A stretch of 64,000 nucleotides of DNA from an uncultured Pseudobdellovibrionaceae bacterium (GCA_963803705.1 CAWDNU010000002.1:1-64000), one strand, 5' to 3'; shown: positions 9,864 to 19,513, numbered from the stretch's first letter. Translations and numbers: made by a program. The notes: generated from the letters alone by a model not told the origin.

Positions 9864-12427
9864 TATGCCGCCTTGTTTACCTTTTGTAGTATGTCGTCTT
9901 GATCATGAAAATACTCACTTAAAAGTGGGTAGATTTCATAATTAAGGACTTTATTAAACCATGACTCAAAATCCTCTTCACTCCATGAGTCTTCTTCGGC
10001 ATCATCAAATTTAGTTGGCGCTGTAAAAAAAGAGTGCCCTATTAAGAAAGCCTTGCCGAGATCTTGATTATTTAAAATTTCTTCATTAACTTGAGAAATT
10101 TTACTAGTGATTTTTGCAACCTGTTCGTGTGTTACGCCACGATCTAATAAAAAGTTAGTAAATTTAGGGCTTTTAAACTCCGGAACCAAATCAATAAAAG
10201 CAAATCTTCGTCTGAGAGCGTAATCAAGAAGGGCAAGAGATCTATCCGCAGTGTTCATCATGCCTATTATGTATAGATTATCTGGAACATAAAACTCAGC
10301 TTGTTTGTCATAAGTTAACTTTACCCCGTGGCGAATAGATCTTTTATCGGCTTCAATTAGCATTAAGAGTTCACCAAAAATTTTACTAAGGTTTCCTCTA
10401 TTGATTTCATCTATTATCAACACATATTTTTTATCAGTGTTACTTTTTGCTTTTTCACATGTGTCAAAGAATACGCCATTTTGAATTGCAAAGTTTCCGT
10501 CTTTCTGTGGCCTGATGCCTTGTACGAAATCTTCATATGAATAACTTTGATGAAACTGTACAAAGTCCACAAGGCTTTTGTCTTCTGAACCGACTAGATG
10601 TTTTGCTAGGCGTTTAGCGAAGAAGGTTTTTCCAACACCTGGGGGGCCTTGCAAGACTATATTTTTCTTAAATTGAGCCAATTGGACTATTTCTTTGATT
10701 TTATTATCTTCGATAAATATTTGCTCATTATCTCCATTAAAAATATTATAGACATCAAAAACTGTGTTGGGCTCAACATCGTTAACAACTCTTAAACTGT
10801 TAAAGTGGCAAGCATCAAGAAGTGGACTAATAAATTCTGGAGAAATTTTCAGAAGTGAACCTTGGAATTTTCCAGCAAGAGGTTGGAAGTCTTTTAAGAG
10901 TTCGTTTTCCGCTAGCTCTTCTCTTGAGACTGGGTCTTCTAGGTGTTCAACTAGCTTAAACTTAAAAACCTGTTTTTTTTCTGCGACATTAAAATCTATT
11001 GGTTGCGTGACTTGAAATAGTGAACTTACAGATTTCATTGGTGAGGTGATGTATCCAATAATGTAATCCCCAACTTCTAAATCTTGCATGTCTTTAAAAT
11101 AGCCGCGTTTATTACCTTTTTCATTGTAGCAAGTATAGGACTGTTCTTCTTTAAGTTTTAAGTCCTGCGGGCTCCAAATTTTTGGATTGCAATTTAGCCA
11201 GAAAAGTCTTTTCTCTTCTTTGCCTTTTAATAGTTTCATAATATGTTGAGTCATGGGCCAGTCGGGTGATGCTTTAGTTAGGGTTTGCACAGGAAGATTA
11301 TAAAGATTCTCTGGTACTGGCCATGGTCCATGCTTCAAGATTTTTACATCTCTATAGTGATGATATGTAGAAGGCATGTTTTTTCCATTTTCGTACTTAA
11401 CATCGCTGGTAATTTGGACCACAGCTTCGATCTCTTTTGTTCCATTTTTTATTGCGACGATATCACCTTCAGACATTTCCTCCCAAAAATAACGAAATGA
11501 TGTAGACCTTGATTCTGGGTAGTATGAGTTGAAATCTTCTTCTATGTCTTCCCATGCTTCATAATTCTCAGGGGAGTCTAACTTGTGCCATCCAATTGCA
11601 ATCTTATTTTGATTAAGCAGGTTTTGATTGTGCTTGCCGCCTTCTCCTAACGCTAGAACCCAGAATTTACTAATAGGCTTATCCGAAGAGTTTTCAGAAG
11701 ATTCCTTCTTAGATTTTTTTCCTAAAACAGCATTTTGATGAAGCCAGTGAATAAATAAATCAATAGTCATCGAGAAATCAAAGTCTTCGTTTTGTCGGTA
11801 GCTGAGATGAGGTTTGATTTGCTCAAGCAGCTCTTTATAATTATTATTGTCCTTGATATAATTGGTTAATTTTCTACTGAGTTTGTCTTCAGTTAAGTAG
11901 CCAATAAAACGCCTAACCTTACCGTTTAGTACTTCAAAGTGTTCTGGTGCAATTGCATTGAATATGGGGCTTAGCATTCCTGACTGCATACCACTAGCAA
12001 CCTCAGAAGCGCTAAATAGAGCTATTTCTTTTTCTAATGAGTCTTTTGACTCTTCTGCGGCCAAGCATAAACCATAAATGCTCTCAGAAAGTAATTTCCA
12101 GTAAGAATCAGGTTTTTTCCCTTTGCCGTTATAGAAGGTTTTAATGTCGGTTATGATTGATCCCGTGATGTGCTTCCAAAAGTCAGTGTCGTCATGATTT
12201 TTAGTATTTGTATGTGGCAGAAGGGAAGTTAAGGCAAGGTCTCTCCAAGGTTCGTTTTGATCTCTAAGTTTTTTTATAGTATCCCAGTTTTTGCGTCCAT
12301 TTTTACGACAGCTCTTGGCAAGTTCAATGCTCTTGTTATTGGCAGCATCGCTAAAGTATGTTTCTAAGAACTTATCAAATAAGCCTGAAATTTTATCGAC
12401 ACTATTACTTTTTAAATTATATGACAT
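9863..12427 (-). CDS. mcrB: McrB-family AAA+ GTPase with long N-terminus including EVE/PUA-like domains
   Basis: GPPGVGKT, FHQSYSYEDFV, IIDEINRGN, MNTADRS, ALRRRF; EVE-like FWLNCNPKIW..GDYIIGY. Confidence 0.93.
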   Translation of the reverse strand: MSYNLKSNSVDKISGLFDKFLETYFSDAANNKSIELAKSCRKNGRKNWDTIKKLRDQNEPWRDLALTSLLPHTNTKNHDDTDFWKHITGSIITDIKTFYNGKGKKPDSYWKLLSESIYGLCLAAEESKDSLEKEIALFSASEVASGMQSGMLSPIFNAIAPEHFEVLNGKVRRFIGYLTEDKLSRKLTNYIKDNNNYKELLEQIKPHLSYRQNEDFDFSMTIDLFIHWLHQNAVLGKKSKKESSENSSDKPISKFWVLALGEGGKHNQNLLNQNKIAIGWHKLDSPENYEAWEDIEEDFNSYYPESRSTSFRYFWEEMSEGDIVAIKNGTKEIEAVVQITSDVKYENGKNMPSTYHHYRDVKILKHGPWPVPENLYNLPVQTLTKASPDWPMTQHIMKLLKGKEEKRLFWLNCNPKIWSPQDLKLKEEQSYTCYNEKGNKRGYFKDMQDLEVGDYIIGYITSPMKSVSSLFQVTQPIDFNVAEKKQVFKFKLVEHLEDPVSREELAENELLKDFQPLAGKFQGSLLKISPEFISPLLDACHFNSLRVVNDVEPNTVFDVYNIFNGDNEQIFIEDNKIKEIVQLAQFKKNIVLQGPPGVGKTFFAKRLAKHLVGSEDKSLVDFVQFHQSYSYEDFVQGIRPQKDGNFAIQNGVFFDTCEKAKSNTDKKYVLIIDEINRGNLSKIFGELLMLIEADKRSIRHGVKLTYDKQAEFYVPDNLYIIGMMNTADRSLALLDYALRRRFAFIDLVPEFKSPKFTNFLLDRGVTHEQVAKITSKISQVNEEILNNQDLGKAFLIGHSFFTAPTKFDDAEEDSWSEEDFESWFNKVLNYEIYPLLSEYFHDQDDILQKVNKAA

Positions 12428-12440
12428 TTTTACCTCGTGA

Positions 12441-12677
12441 TTATTTGTCGGTATAAACTGCCGGAATTTTGATTTTTTCAGTCTGGACTTTGGTGTGGTC
12501 TAAATGTTTCACAACTGTCTTCACCGAAATGTTCATTGCTTTAGATAGTCTTCTGTAACTTAAGCCGGCATTCCTAAGTCTTTGAAGCTTTTCGGTATCA
12601 ACTCTTTTGGGTGGTCGCCCTCGAAGAATTGAATTTTTATTTAAGTTTCTATCTTCTGTAAATTTAATTTGTTTCAT
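12441..12677 (-). CDS. Small HTH DNA-binding protein (resolvase C-terminal-like)
   Basis: GRPPK..G.SYRRLSKAMNISVKTV. Confidence 0.7.
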   Translation of the reverse strand: MKQIKFTEDRNLNKNSILRGRPPKRVDTEKLQRLRNAGLSYRRLSKAMNISVKTVVKHLDHTKVQTEKIKIPAVYTDK

Positions 12678-13107
12678 AATAAGTCTCCATAATTTGAGAG
12701 TCTTTTTGTAAGGAGATTTTAAGCTTCTCTAAAGTCTGGGTTTTAAGTTTTTTGGTTTTGAAATAAGTTTTGTTAATTGCGCTAGAAACTTCGACAAGTG
12801 GCTGGTCTTCCCAATAGATTAAGTGAAGAAGTATTCTGGAGTCTTTCCCAAGTTTATTGGTGTGCGTGTTGAGATTAAAATCTTCACTAGTTTCATCACT
12901 AGGCTTATACTCATTTTGTTTCAAAAGCTCTGAAAATGTTGAGTAGGTGCTTTCGTATGAGCTAAGAGGTTTCTCTGTACCTGATTCATATAGGTATAGG
13001 TCCCAGTCTTCTTGGCTCCAGTTTTTAGAAATTCTTTTTAGTTCCTTATCGCTTAAAGTTTTACCAACTTGGTTTAGCCAAGGTTTTAGTGTTTTTTGTG
13101 AACTCAT
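12664..13107 (-). CDS. Sigma70 region-4-like HTH protein
   Basis: C-terminal RILLHLIYWEDQPLVEVSSAI..KTKKLKTQTLEKLK resembles sigma region 4. Confidence 0.55.
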   Translation of the reverse strand: MSSQKTLKPWLNQVGKTLSDKELKRISKNWSQEDWDLYLYESGTEKPLSSYESTYSTFSELLKQNEYKPSDETSEDFNLNTHTNKLGKDSRILLHLIYWEDQPLVEVSSAINKTYFKTKKLKTQTLEKLKISLQKDSQIMETYYETN

Positions 13108-13259
13108 TTAAGTTCTGCCTTTCTAAATACCAAGTTATTCTGTTTTCTCTATAAAGAGTTTCTTCGCTTTGCATTTAGACGAGTAAGCTGCCGTTTCTGC
13201 GGTTGGCTGTACTCTAATTTTGTAAGGCCGCCTAGTGCTGCTAGGTAGGCATCAATCGC

Positions 13260-13460
13260 TTAAATTATTTCTTGTCTTAGCTGTTGTTGGATTTCAACAC
13301 GCTCCGTTGGACGTCCGTCACGAACGTAAACTTTGAAGCTGCCATTTTTAATTCCAAACTCTTTTATAATTGCGTTGAGAGATGATCTTAAGGGTCGTCT
13401 CTTTTCCTTTTGGTCCTTGTCATCTCTATTCGCTAAATTAGCTAATTTACTATTATCCAT
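13260..13460 (-). CDS. Small hypothetical protein divergent from the XRE repressor (DUF2292-like pattern)
   Basis: GGGGGA SD before ATG 13460; GSFKVYVRDGRP..VE motif. Confidence 0.5.
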   Translation of the reverse strand: MDNSKLANLANRDDKDQKEKRRPLRSSLNAIIKEFGIKNGSFKVYVRDGRPTERVEIQQQLRQEII

Positions 13461-13586
13461 AATTCCCCCGTTTAACACCCTGTTGTTCCTTTGTTCTAGC
13501 TACTTACAGGCTGCATATCCTATAAAATTTGCACAGGTCAAGACTTTGCTGTTGATTTTAATTAGCTGATTTGGTTTAAGAGTCTT

Positions 13587-14036
13587 GTGGAAAGCAAATT
13601 AAAAACTGTTTCAGAACGAATTAAAGCCTTAAGAAAGACTAAGAAAGTCACTCAGGCAGAATTAGATCAGATGGCTGGTCTTCCAGTTTCTAGTATTTCA
13701 AAGATTGAAAATAATAAAAGAGAGGCGACTGCTGAAGAGCTTATTCGCATTTCAAGATCTTTGGGAGTTTCATTAAATGCGTTTTCATCTAATGAAGATC
13801 TTTTTGTATATGCTGAAGAAGTAAAAGTTGTAGAAGCATTAAGAGAAATTTCTTTTGAAGATTATAAGCACATTATAAGAACCATTGAGTCACAGGTTTA
13901 TTTTGTAGCTAAGGATAGTGACTCAAAACATAAGGGCCATTTGCAAGAACTTGTCGCGGATCTGTCATCAATGACTATACAAGATCAGCGACCAAGAAGC
14001 GTTTATGCGAAGCAAGTGGAAAGAGTTAGGAAGTAA
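13587..14036 (+). CDS. XRE/Cro-CI family HTH repressor
   Basis: RIKALRK..VTQAEL..SSISKIENNKR. Confidence 0.9.
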   Translation: MESKLKTVSERIKALRKTKKVTQAELDQMAGLPVSSISKIENNKREATAEELIRISRSLGVSLNAFSSNEDLFVYAEEVKVVEALREISFEDYKHIIRTIESQVYFVAKDSDSKHKGHLQELVADLSSMTIQDQRPRSVYAKQVERVRK

Positions 14037-14057
14037 AAACCTATAGGGGGGAAAGAA

Positions 14058-15329
14058 ATGAGCGATTCAATAAGTGGCGGATTAGTCACAGGAAATTTAG
14101 AGACACTTGATATTACAGAAGATTCAAGTTCAAAAAAGAATTATGAATTCACATCAAGAACAACAAACGAAGAAGTTAAAAATATTAGACTTCAGCCTGA
14201 GCAAATAGAAGAAATCAATACAGACGACTATTCTCTTTTACTTTTTAATGCCACAAGGGTTGAGCCGCTATCTTTGAACCAAATAAAAAAACATTTTCCA
14301 GAGCCAAGTTCAAAGAAAGCCAAATCTGTTATGGATAGGTTCATAGAGTGTGGGCTGGTTCACACCAATTCAGAAGGCAAGTATTATTCAAACTATCCTG
14401 ATCATTATATTGATTACTCGCTATATAGATACGACTCTATCTTAGAGACTAAAAAAGACGCAAAGGTTTTTGATCTTATGAAGGAGAACTGTTCTTCTAA
14501 GGGCTATTGGAAAGATAAATCTTAATTTTCTGAGGATGGTTTCTTTACTGATGAACAGTCAAAAGAAATAGCTGAGGAACTTAACAACATACGAATCAAA
14601 GTTAAGAAGTTCACCAGTGGCAATAGAAAAAAGAAAAAGGTATCAGATCTTATATTTAGACGCTTCAAGTACTACGATATGATTTTAGGAATAGCGCTTG
14701 TGATTGGACTCGTGTTTACAAACTCAGCTCAGACAGCTTTTGCGCAGGGAAATGATCCGGGTTCAGTTTTTCTTTCACAACAGCTAAACAATGTTTTTGA
14801 AAACCGAAATTGGCAGAGTGGTCTATCATTCAAAAATAGATTCAATATAGATCCGCTAACCACCCAAGAGGTCATTGATCGAATGGTTGAGAGAAGATCT
14901 ATTGAGCTTATTAGCGGTAATGATCCTGGGGCAGCGATGCTTTTACAGGCGGCTTTGTCGGGTTCTGATTTTTCAACAATTGACCTTAAGACCAATGGGT
15001 TTAGAAATAAATCCAGTTATCTTGTTAGCACCTATCAGCCAGAGCCAGTAATTAACATTGTTCCTAAAGTTGATGGTGGACATGATCCAGGAGTGATTAA
15101 AGAAGAAACTGATAAGATATATGGCGCTTCTTTTTTAGTTGATTCAGAGTTGGATTGCGAACAGCAACTTAAGCAAGCAGACGGCTCATTAAATAATGTA
15201 AGCTCACTTTGCTTAAAAGCAATTTTGCATGCTTCAATAAAAGAGTGTGAAGAAGCTGGAGACAACTATTTTTGTTTAAATGCAAAAAAAGGAATTGAGC
15301 TTAATTTTCTAACAAAATCCACTGAATAA
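14058..15329 (+). pseudogene. wHTH-signal/TM-exported domain protein interrupted by a single in-frame TAA (14523-14525)
   Basis: ORFs 14058-14525 and 14679-15329 share a frame; the 51 codons between them are open; no SD before 14679. Confidence 0.7.
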
Positions 15330-15356
15330 AGGCTGTAAACTTTGAATCAAGTAATT

Positions 15357-15388
15357 AAAATAGCGCATTTTATATGCGCTATTTTTTT
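15357..15388 (+). terminator. Intrinsic terminator
   Basis: AAAATAGCGCAT-tttat-ATGCGCTATTTT stem followed by a T run. Confidence 0.75.
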
Positions 15389-15461
15389 AGCCTTTATTTG
15401 TAATAGCTTGTCATAAAAATTAATGAATGTTCAAATATTGGTATTAATTGTGGGGGAGACT

Positions 15462-15662
15462 TTGCTTGAAATAGGGAGATGGCTGTCTGTTGAAGAGATA
15501 GCCAAGCATTTAGGTGTATCCAAAGAGACCATCTACCGTTGGGCTGAAAAGTCTAAGATTCCTGCTCATAAGGTGGGGAGGCAGTGGAAGTTTCAAGTCT
15601 CAGAGATAAATCAATGGGTGCGTAGTGAAGAGTCAGCAAAAGTTGACGATAAAAACTTATAA
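15462..15662 (+). CDS. Excisionase-family (HTH_17) DNA-binding protein
   Basis: WLSVEEIAKHLGVSKETIYRW..IPAHKVGRQWKF; GGGGGAG SD before TTG 15462. Confidence 0.85.
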   Translation: MLEIGRWLSVEEIAKHLGVSKETIYRWAEKSKIPAHKVGRQWKFQVSEINQWVRSEESAKVDDKNL

Positions 15663-15672
15663 AGAGAGAGAT

Positions 15673-17358
15673 ATGGCAAAAAATAAAGCAGCAAAAAAAA
15701 CAGCTAAGAAAACAACAAAAGCCAAAACAAAAATAACTCCCAAAAAGCAAACTTTGGAAGATATCGAAAAAAAACTGTGGTTAGCAGCGGATAAGCTTAG
15801 AAACAGTATGGACGCCGCTGAATACAAGCATGTTGTACTGGGCTTAATTTTTTTAAAATATGTTTCTGATAGTTTTGAAGAGTTTAGAGAAAAGTTAAAA
15901 TCTGAACTTAAAGATCCAAATCACTCCCATTTTTTTGAAGGGGCAACTCAAGTGGACATAGAAGCTGAGCTTGAAGATAGGGACTACTATCTTTCTAACA
16001 ATATCTTTTGGGTACCTGTAGAGTCCAGATGGCATGGAAACCCAACTATAGGTGTAAAAGGAATTCAAGATAAGGCCAAGCAATCAGATATCGGAAAAAG
16101 CATTGATGATGCAATGGTGGCTATTGAAAAGGATAACTCTAAATTAAAAAATATTTTACCCAAAGATTTTGCAAGGAGACAACCATATATAAGATTGGGA
16201 GAGCTGATTGATCTTATTTCAACTATTGGATTTAGTGATCTAGAGTACCGCTCTAAAGATGTCCTTGGGCATATTTACGAATACTTTCTAGGTAAATTTG
16301 CTGCCGCCGAGGGACGACAAGGTGGCCAGTTCTATACACCAAAGTCTGTAGTTAATCTTATTGTTCAATGTCTTGAGCCTTATGAGGGCCGGGTTTATGA
16401 CCCAGCGATGGGTTCTGGTGGCTTTTTTGTGTCTAGTGAAAAGTTTATCGAAGCGCACACTGATAATAAAAATGTAGACGATGCTAAAAGAAAAATTTCG
16501 CTTTATGGGCAAGAGTCTAATCCAACCACTTGGCGACTATCTGCCATGAACATGGCGATTCGTGGAATTGATTTTGATTTTGGTAAAGAGCCAGCAGATA
16601 CATTTTCAAAAAATCAGCATCTTGATTTAATAGCAGATTTTATTATGGCAAATCCACCATTTAACATTAGCGATTGGGGTGGTGACAAATTAAAAGAAGA
16701 TCGTCGCTGGAAATATGGAGTGCCACCAGAAGGCAATGCTAACTTCGCTTGGGTTCAGCATATGATTTATCATCTTTCACCCAAAGGGTATGCAGGAATT
16801 GTATTGTCTAATGGCTCAATGTCTTCAAATACAAATAACGAGGGCGACATAAGAAAGGCCTTAGTTGAGGCCGATCTTGTTGACTGTATGATTGCTCTTC
16901 CTGGCCAACTTTTTTTTAATACACCAATACCTGCGTGCATTTGGATTTTAGCAAACAAAAAAGATGGCAGTGATGGTAAGCGAAGTAGAAAAGAAGAAGT
17001 TCTTTTTATAGATGCAAGAAATGACGGTGAGATGATTAGTAGAACTCAAAAAATATTTGCACAAAGTGATGTTGATAAATTAGCAGGTATTTATCACGAG
17101 TGGAGGAATGAGGGTGGAAAGTATAAAAATTTTTCAGGTTTTTGTAAGTCAGTTAAATCAGAGGAAATAAAGTCACATAGTTATATCCTTACTCCAGGTC
17201 GATACGTTGGAGCAGAAGAGCTAAATGATAGTGGGCTTCCTTTTAACGATAGAGTAACAAAATTGACGAATGAGCTTTCTGTAATCCTTAAGAACGCCCA
17301 AAGCCTAACAGAAAAAATGAAAAAGAATCTAGAAGGAATTGGGTATGAGATTAATTGA
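15673..17358 (+). CDS. hsdM: Type I R-M methyltransferase subunit
   Basis: LW.AADKLR, GQFYTP, YDPAMGSGG, ANPPFN; likely ATG at 15673. Confidence 0.96.
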   Translation: MAKNKAAKKTAKKTTKAKTKITPKKQTLEDIEKKLWLAADKLRNSMDAAEYKHVVLGLIFLKYVSDSFEEFREKLKSELKDPNHSHFFEGATQVDIEAELEDRDYYLSNNIFWVPVESRWHGNPTIGVKGIQDKAKQSDIGKSIDDAMVAIEKDNSKLKNILPKDFARRQPYIRLGELIDLISTIGFSDLEYRSKDVLGHIYEYFLGKFAAAEGRQGGQFYTPKSVVNLIVQCLEPYEGRVYDPAMGSGGFFVSSEKFIEAHTDNKNVDDAKRKISLYGQESNPTTWRLSAMNMAIRGIDFDFGKEPADTFSKNQHLDLIADFIMANPPFNISDWGGDKLKEDRRWKYGVPPEGNANFAWVQHMIYHLSPKGYAGIVLSNGSMSSNTNNEGDIRKALVEADLVDCMIALPGQLFFNTPIPACIWILANKKDGSDGKRSRKEEVLFIDARNDGEMISRTQKIFAQSDVDKLAGIYHEWRNEGGKYKNFSGFCKSVKSEEIKSHSYILTPGRYVGAEELNDSGLPFNDRVTKLTNELSVILKNAQSLTEKMKKNLEGIGYEIN

Positions 17359-18718
17359 TACAACTCTTGGAGAATACTCTCCATTTATATATGGAAAAAG
17401 TCTTTCAGCTAGAGACAGAAATGATCATGGAACAGTACTTGTTTACGGTTCTGGAGGTATTACAGGAAAACATGACAAACCGTATGTTCCATCTAAAGGG
17501 ATTGTTATTGGTAGAAAAGGAACTGTTGGTAGTATTTATTTTGCAGATAAACCATTTTGGCCAATAGATACTGTGTTTTATATTACCAAAGATGATGAAC
17601 AGGAATTAATTTTCAACTATTACCTTTTAAAGTCTTTGCCGTTAAATAGAATGAACAGTGATTCTGCGGTTCCAGGGTTGAATAGGGAAAATGCTCATCG
17701 ATTGAAGATAAGGATACCAGAAAAAAAAGAAGATAGGTACAAAATAGCATGTATTCTTGGTGGCATCGATAATCTTATAAACACTAATAAGGCCATCAGC
17801 AGAAACATTGAGGAAATCACGCAAGAAATTTATAAATCCTGGTTTGTTAACTACGATCCTGTTCACGCAAAAAAAATTGCTCTTAATTCTGGTCTAACTT
17901 CTGCTCAAGCAGAACGAGCTGCAATGGCAATAATTTCGGGTTTGTGCAGTCCATCCGAGTTTGCAGAAAACTTTAAAGAGATGAATGAGAAATTAACTCA
18001 TAAACTTGAAAAGATGAGTATTGAAAATCAAGAAGATCTAGTGCATACAGCTTCTTTATTTCCGAGTGAGTTTGAAGATAGTGAGCTTGGGAAGATACCA
18101 AAAGATTGGAAGGTTAGTGTTGTATCGGATTTTGGCGAAGTTGTTACTGGAAAAACTCCATCAACCAAACAGTCCGACTTTTATGATGGCACTGTACCTT
18201 TTGTAACGCCAAGTGATTTTGATTCGTACGGTATGCATGCTTTTCAATCCAAAAGAACCATTTCTAATATTGGTGCAGAGAAATTTAAAAATAAGATATT
18301 GCCTTCAAACTCCGTACTAGTAACTTGTATTGGGTCGGATATGGGAAAAGTTACAATTTTAAAGGAGCCTTCAATAACAAATCAACAAATTAATTCTGTA
18401 AGGCTCAATGATGATGTTTATTCCTTATTTTTGTATTTCTATTTTACGAGTATCTATGATCATTTAAGACTTCTTGCCTCTGATGGAACTACAATGCCAA
18501 TCATTAACAAAAGTCTGTTTGAAAAAATTAAAGTAATTTCTCCAGGTAAAGAAGTTATTAAAAAATTTACAGGCGTGACAGATTCAATAAGTAATAAAAT
18601 TCTCAATTCTGTCAAAGAGAATATAAACCTAAGTCAATTGCGCGATACTCTTTTGCCTAGGCTTTTGGCTGGAGAAATTAATTTATCACAAATTAAAATT
18701 GTGGAGGATGATGTTTAA
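17345..18718 (+). CDS. hsdS: Type I R-M specificity subunit
   Basis: Two TRDs, ELGKIPKDW, LRDTLLPRLLAGE. Confidence 0.95.
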   Translation: MRLIDTTLGEYSPFIYGKSLSARDRNDHGTVLVYGSGGITGKHDKPYVPSKGIVIGRKGTVGSIYFADKPFWPIDTVFYITKDDEQELIFNYYLLKSLPLNRMNSDSAVPGLNRENAHRLKIRIPEKKEDRYKIACILGGIDNLINTNKAISRNIEEITQEIYKSWFVNYDPVHAKKIALNSGLTSAQAERAAMAIISGLCSPSEFAENFKEMNEKLTHKLEKMSIENQEDLVHTASLFPSEFEDSELGKIPKDWKVSVVSDFGEVVTGKTPSTKQSDFYDGTVPFVTPSDFDSYGMHAFQSKRTISNIGAEKFKNKILPSNSVLVTCIGSDMGKVTILKEPSITNQQINSVRLNDDVYSLFLYFYFTSIYDHLRLLASDGTTMPIINKSLFEKIKVISPGKEVIKKFTGVTDSISNKILNSVKENINLSQLRDTLLPRLLAGEINLSQIKIVEDDV

Positions 18719-19513
18719 ATGTCTTCTTTGTCAGCTTTAGAAAAATCAAACTTAGAGAGGCTTTTTGACATGTCTGGAGGATACGTTCTTAACTTTTCAG
18801 ACTCTACATTCGCAACTTTCTTCGGAGATTTCAATGTAGATATTCATTCTGAAAAATATATGACGATTGGAACATCAAAGGCTAAAAAGTTAAGGGCATT
18901 TTGGCAAATTGAGAATGATCATCTTGTTGGTGAAACTTTAAAGGCCATGATTGAGATTTACCAATCGTGGGAAGTTAGAGAAGATCAAATTGAAGTTCTA
19001 AAACAATGTAAGGTTATTAGTAGTCGCCTTCTTGCTGGTCGGGTAAGTCTCGCGCCCTTAAGAGAATATACCGAAAGATTTGATCTTCAAACAATTGATA
19101 GACAAATCAAGCGTATGGAGAAATCAGTCGAAGAAGACCCAGACTTGGCAATTGGTACAGCTAAAGAGTTAATAGAGTCATGCTGTAAAACAATACTTAA
19201 TGAATTAAATATTCCTTTTAATGAAAAAAAATTGGACGTACCTCAATTATCAAAACTTACGCAAGAAAATTTGCAATTAACCCCTCAAGACGTTGATCCT
19301 GATGCAAAAGGTGCTGATATTACAAAAAAGATATCAGGTAACCTAGGTCAAATCGCTCATTGTATGGCTGAACTTAGAAACCTATATGGGACTGGTCATG
19401 GAAAAGATGGTAGATCTTTGGGGCTTCAACCAAGGCATGCACGTTTAGCAGTTACTGCATCTTCTGCTCTGGTTCACTTTTTATTTGAAACATTTGAGGA
19501 TAGTAAAAATTAA
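18719..19513 (+). CDS. Abortive-infection family protein (AbiJ-like N-terminus plus Abi_C/HEPN-like C-terminus)
   Basis: MSGGYVLNFSD, SKAKKLRAFW, AIGTAKELIESCCK, ELRNLYGTGHG. Confidence 0.8.
   Translation: MSSLSALEKSNLERLFDMSGGYVLNFSDSTFATFFGDFNVDIHSEKYMTIGTSKAKKLRAFWQIENDHLVGETLKAMIEIYQSWEVREDQIEVLKQCKVISSRLLAGRVSLAPLREYTERFDLQTIDRQIKRMEKSVEEDPDLAIGTAKELIESCCKTILNELNIPFNEKKLDVPQLSKLTQENLQLTPQDVDPDAKGADITKKISGNLGQIAHCMAELRNLYGTGHGKDGRSLGLQPRHARLAVTASSALVHFLFETFEDSKN

Noticed and set aside
14523..14525. Programmed readthrough or recoding
   Set aside because: The stop is TAA, other genes end normally at TAA and no recoding signal is visible; a nonsense mutation or sequence error is simpler
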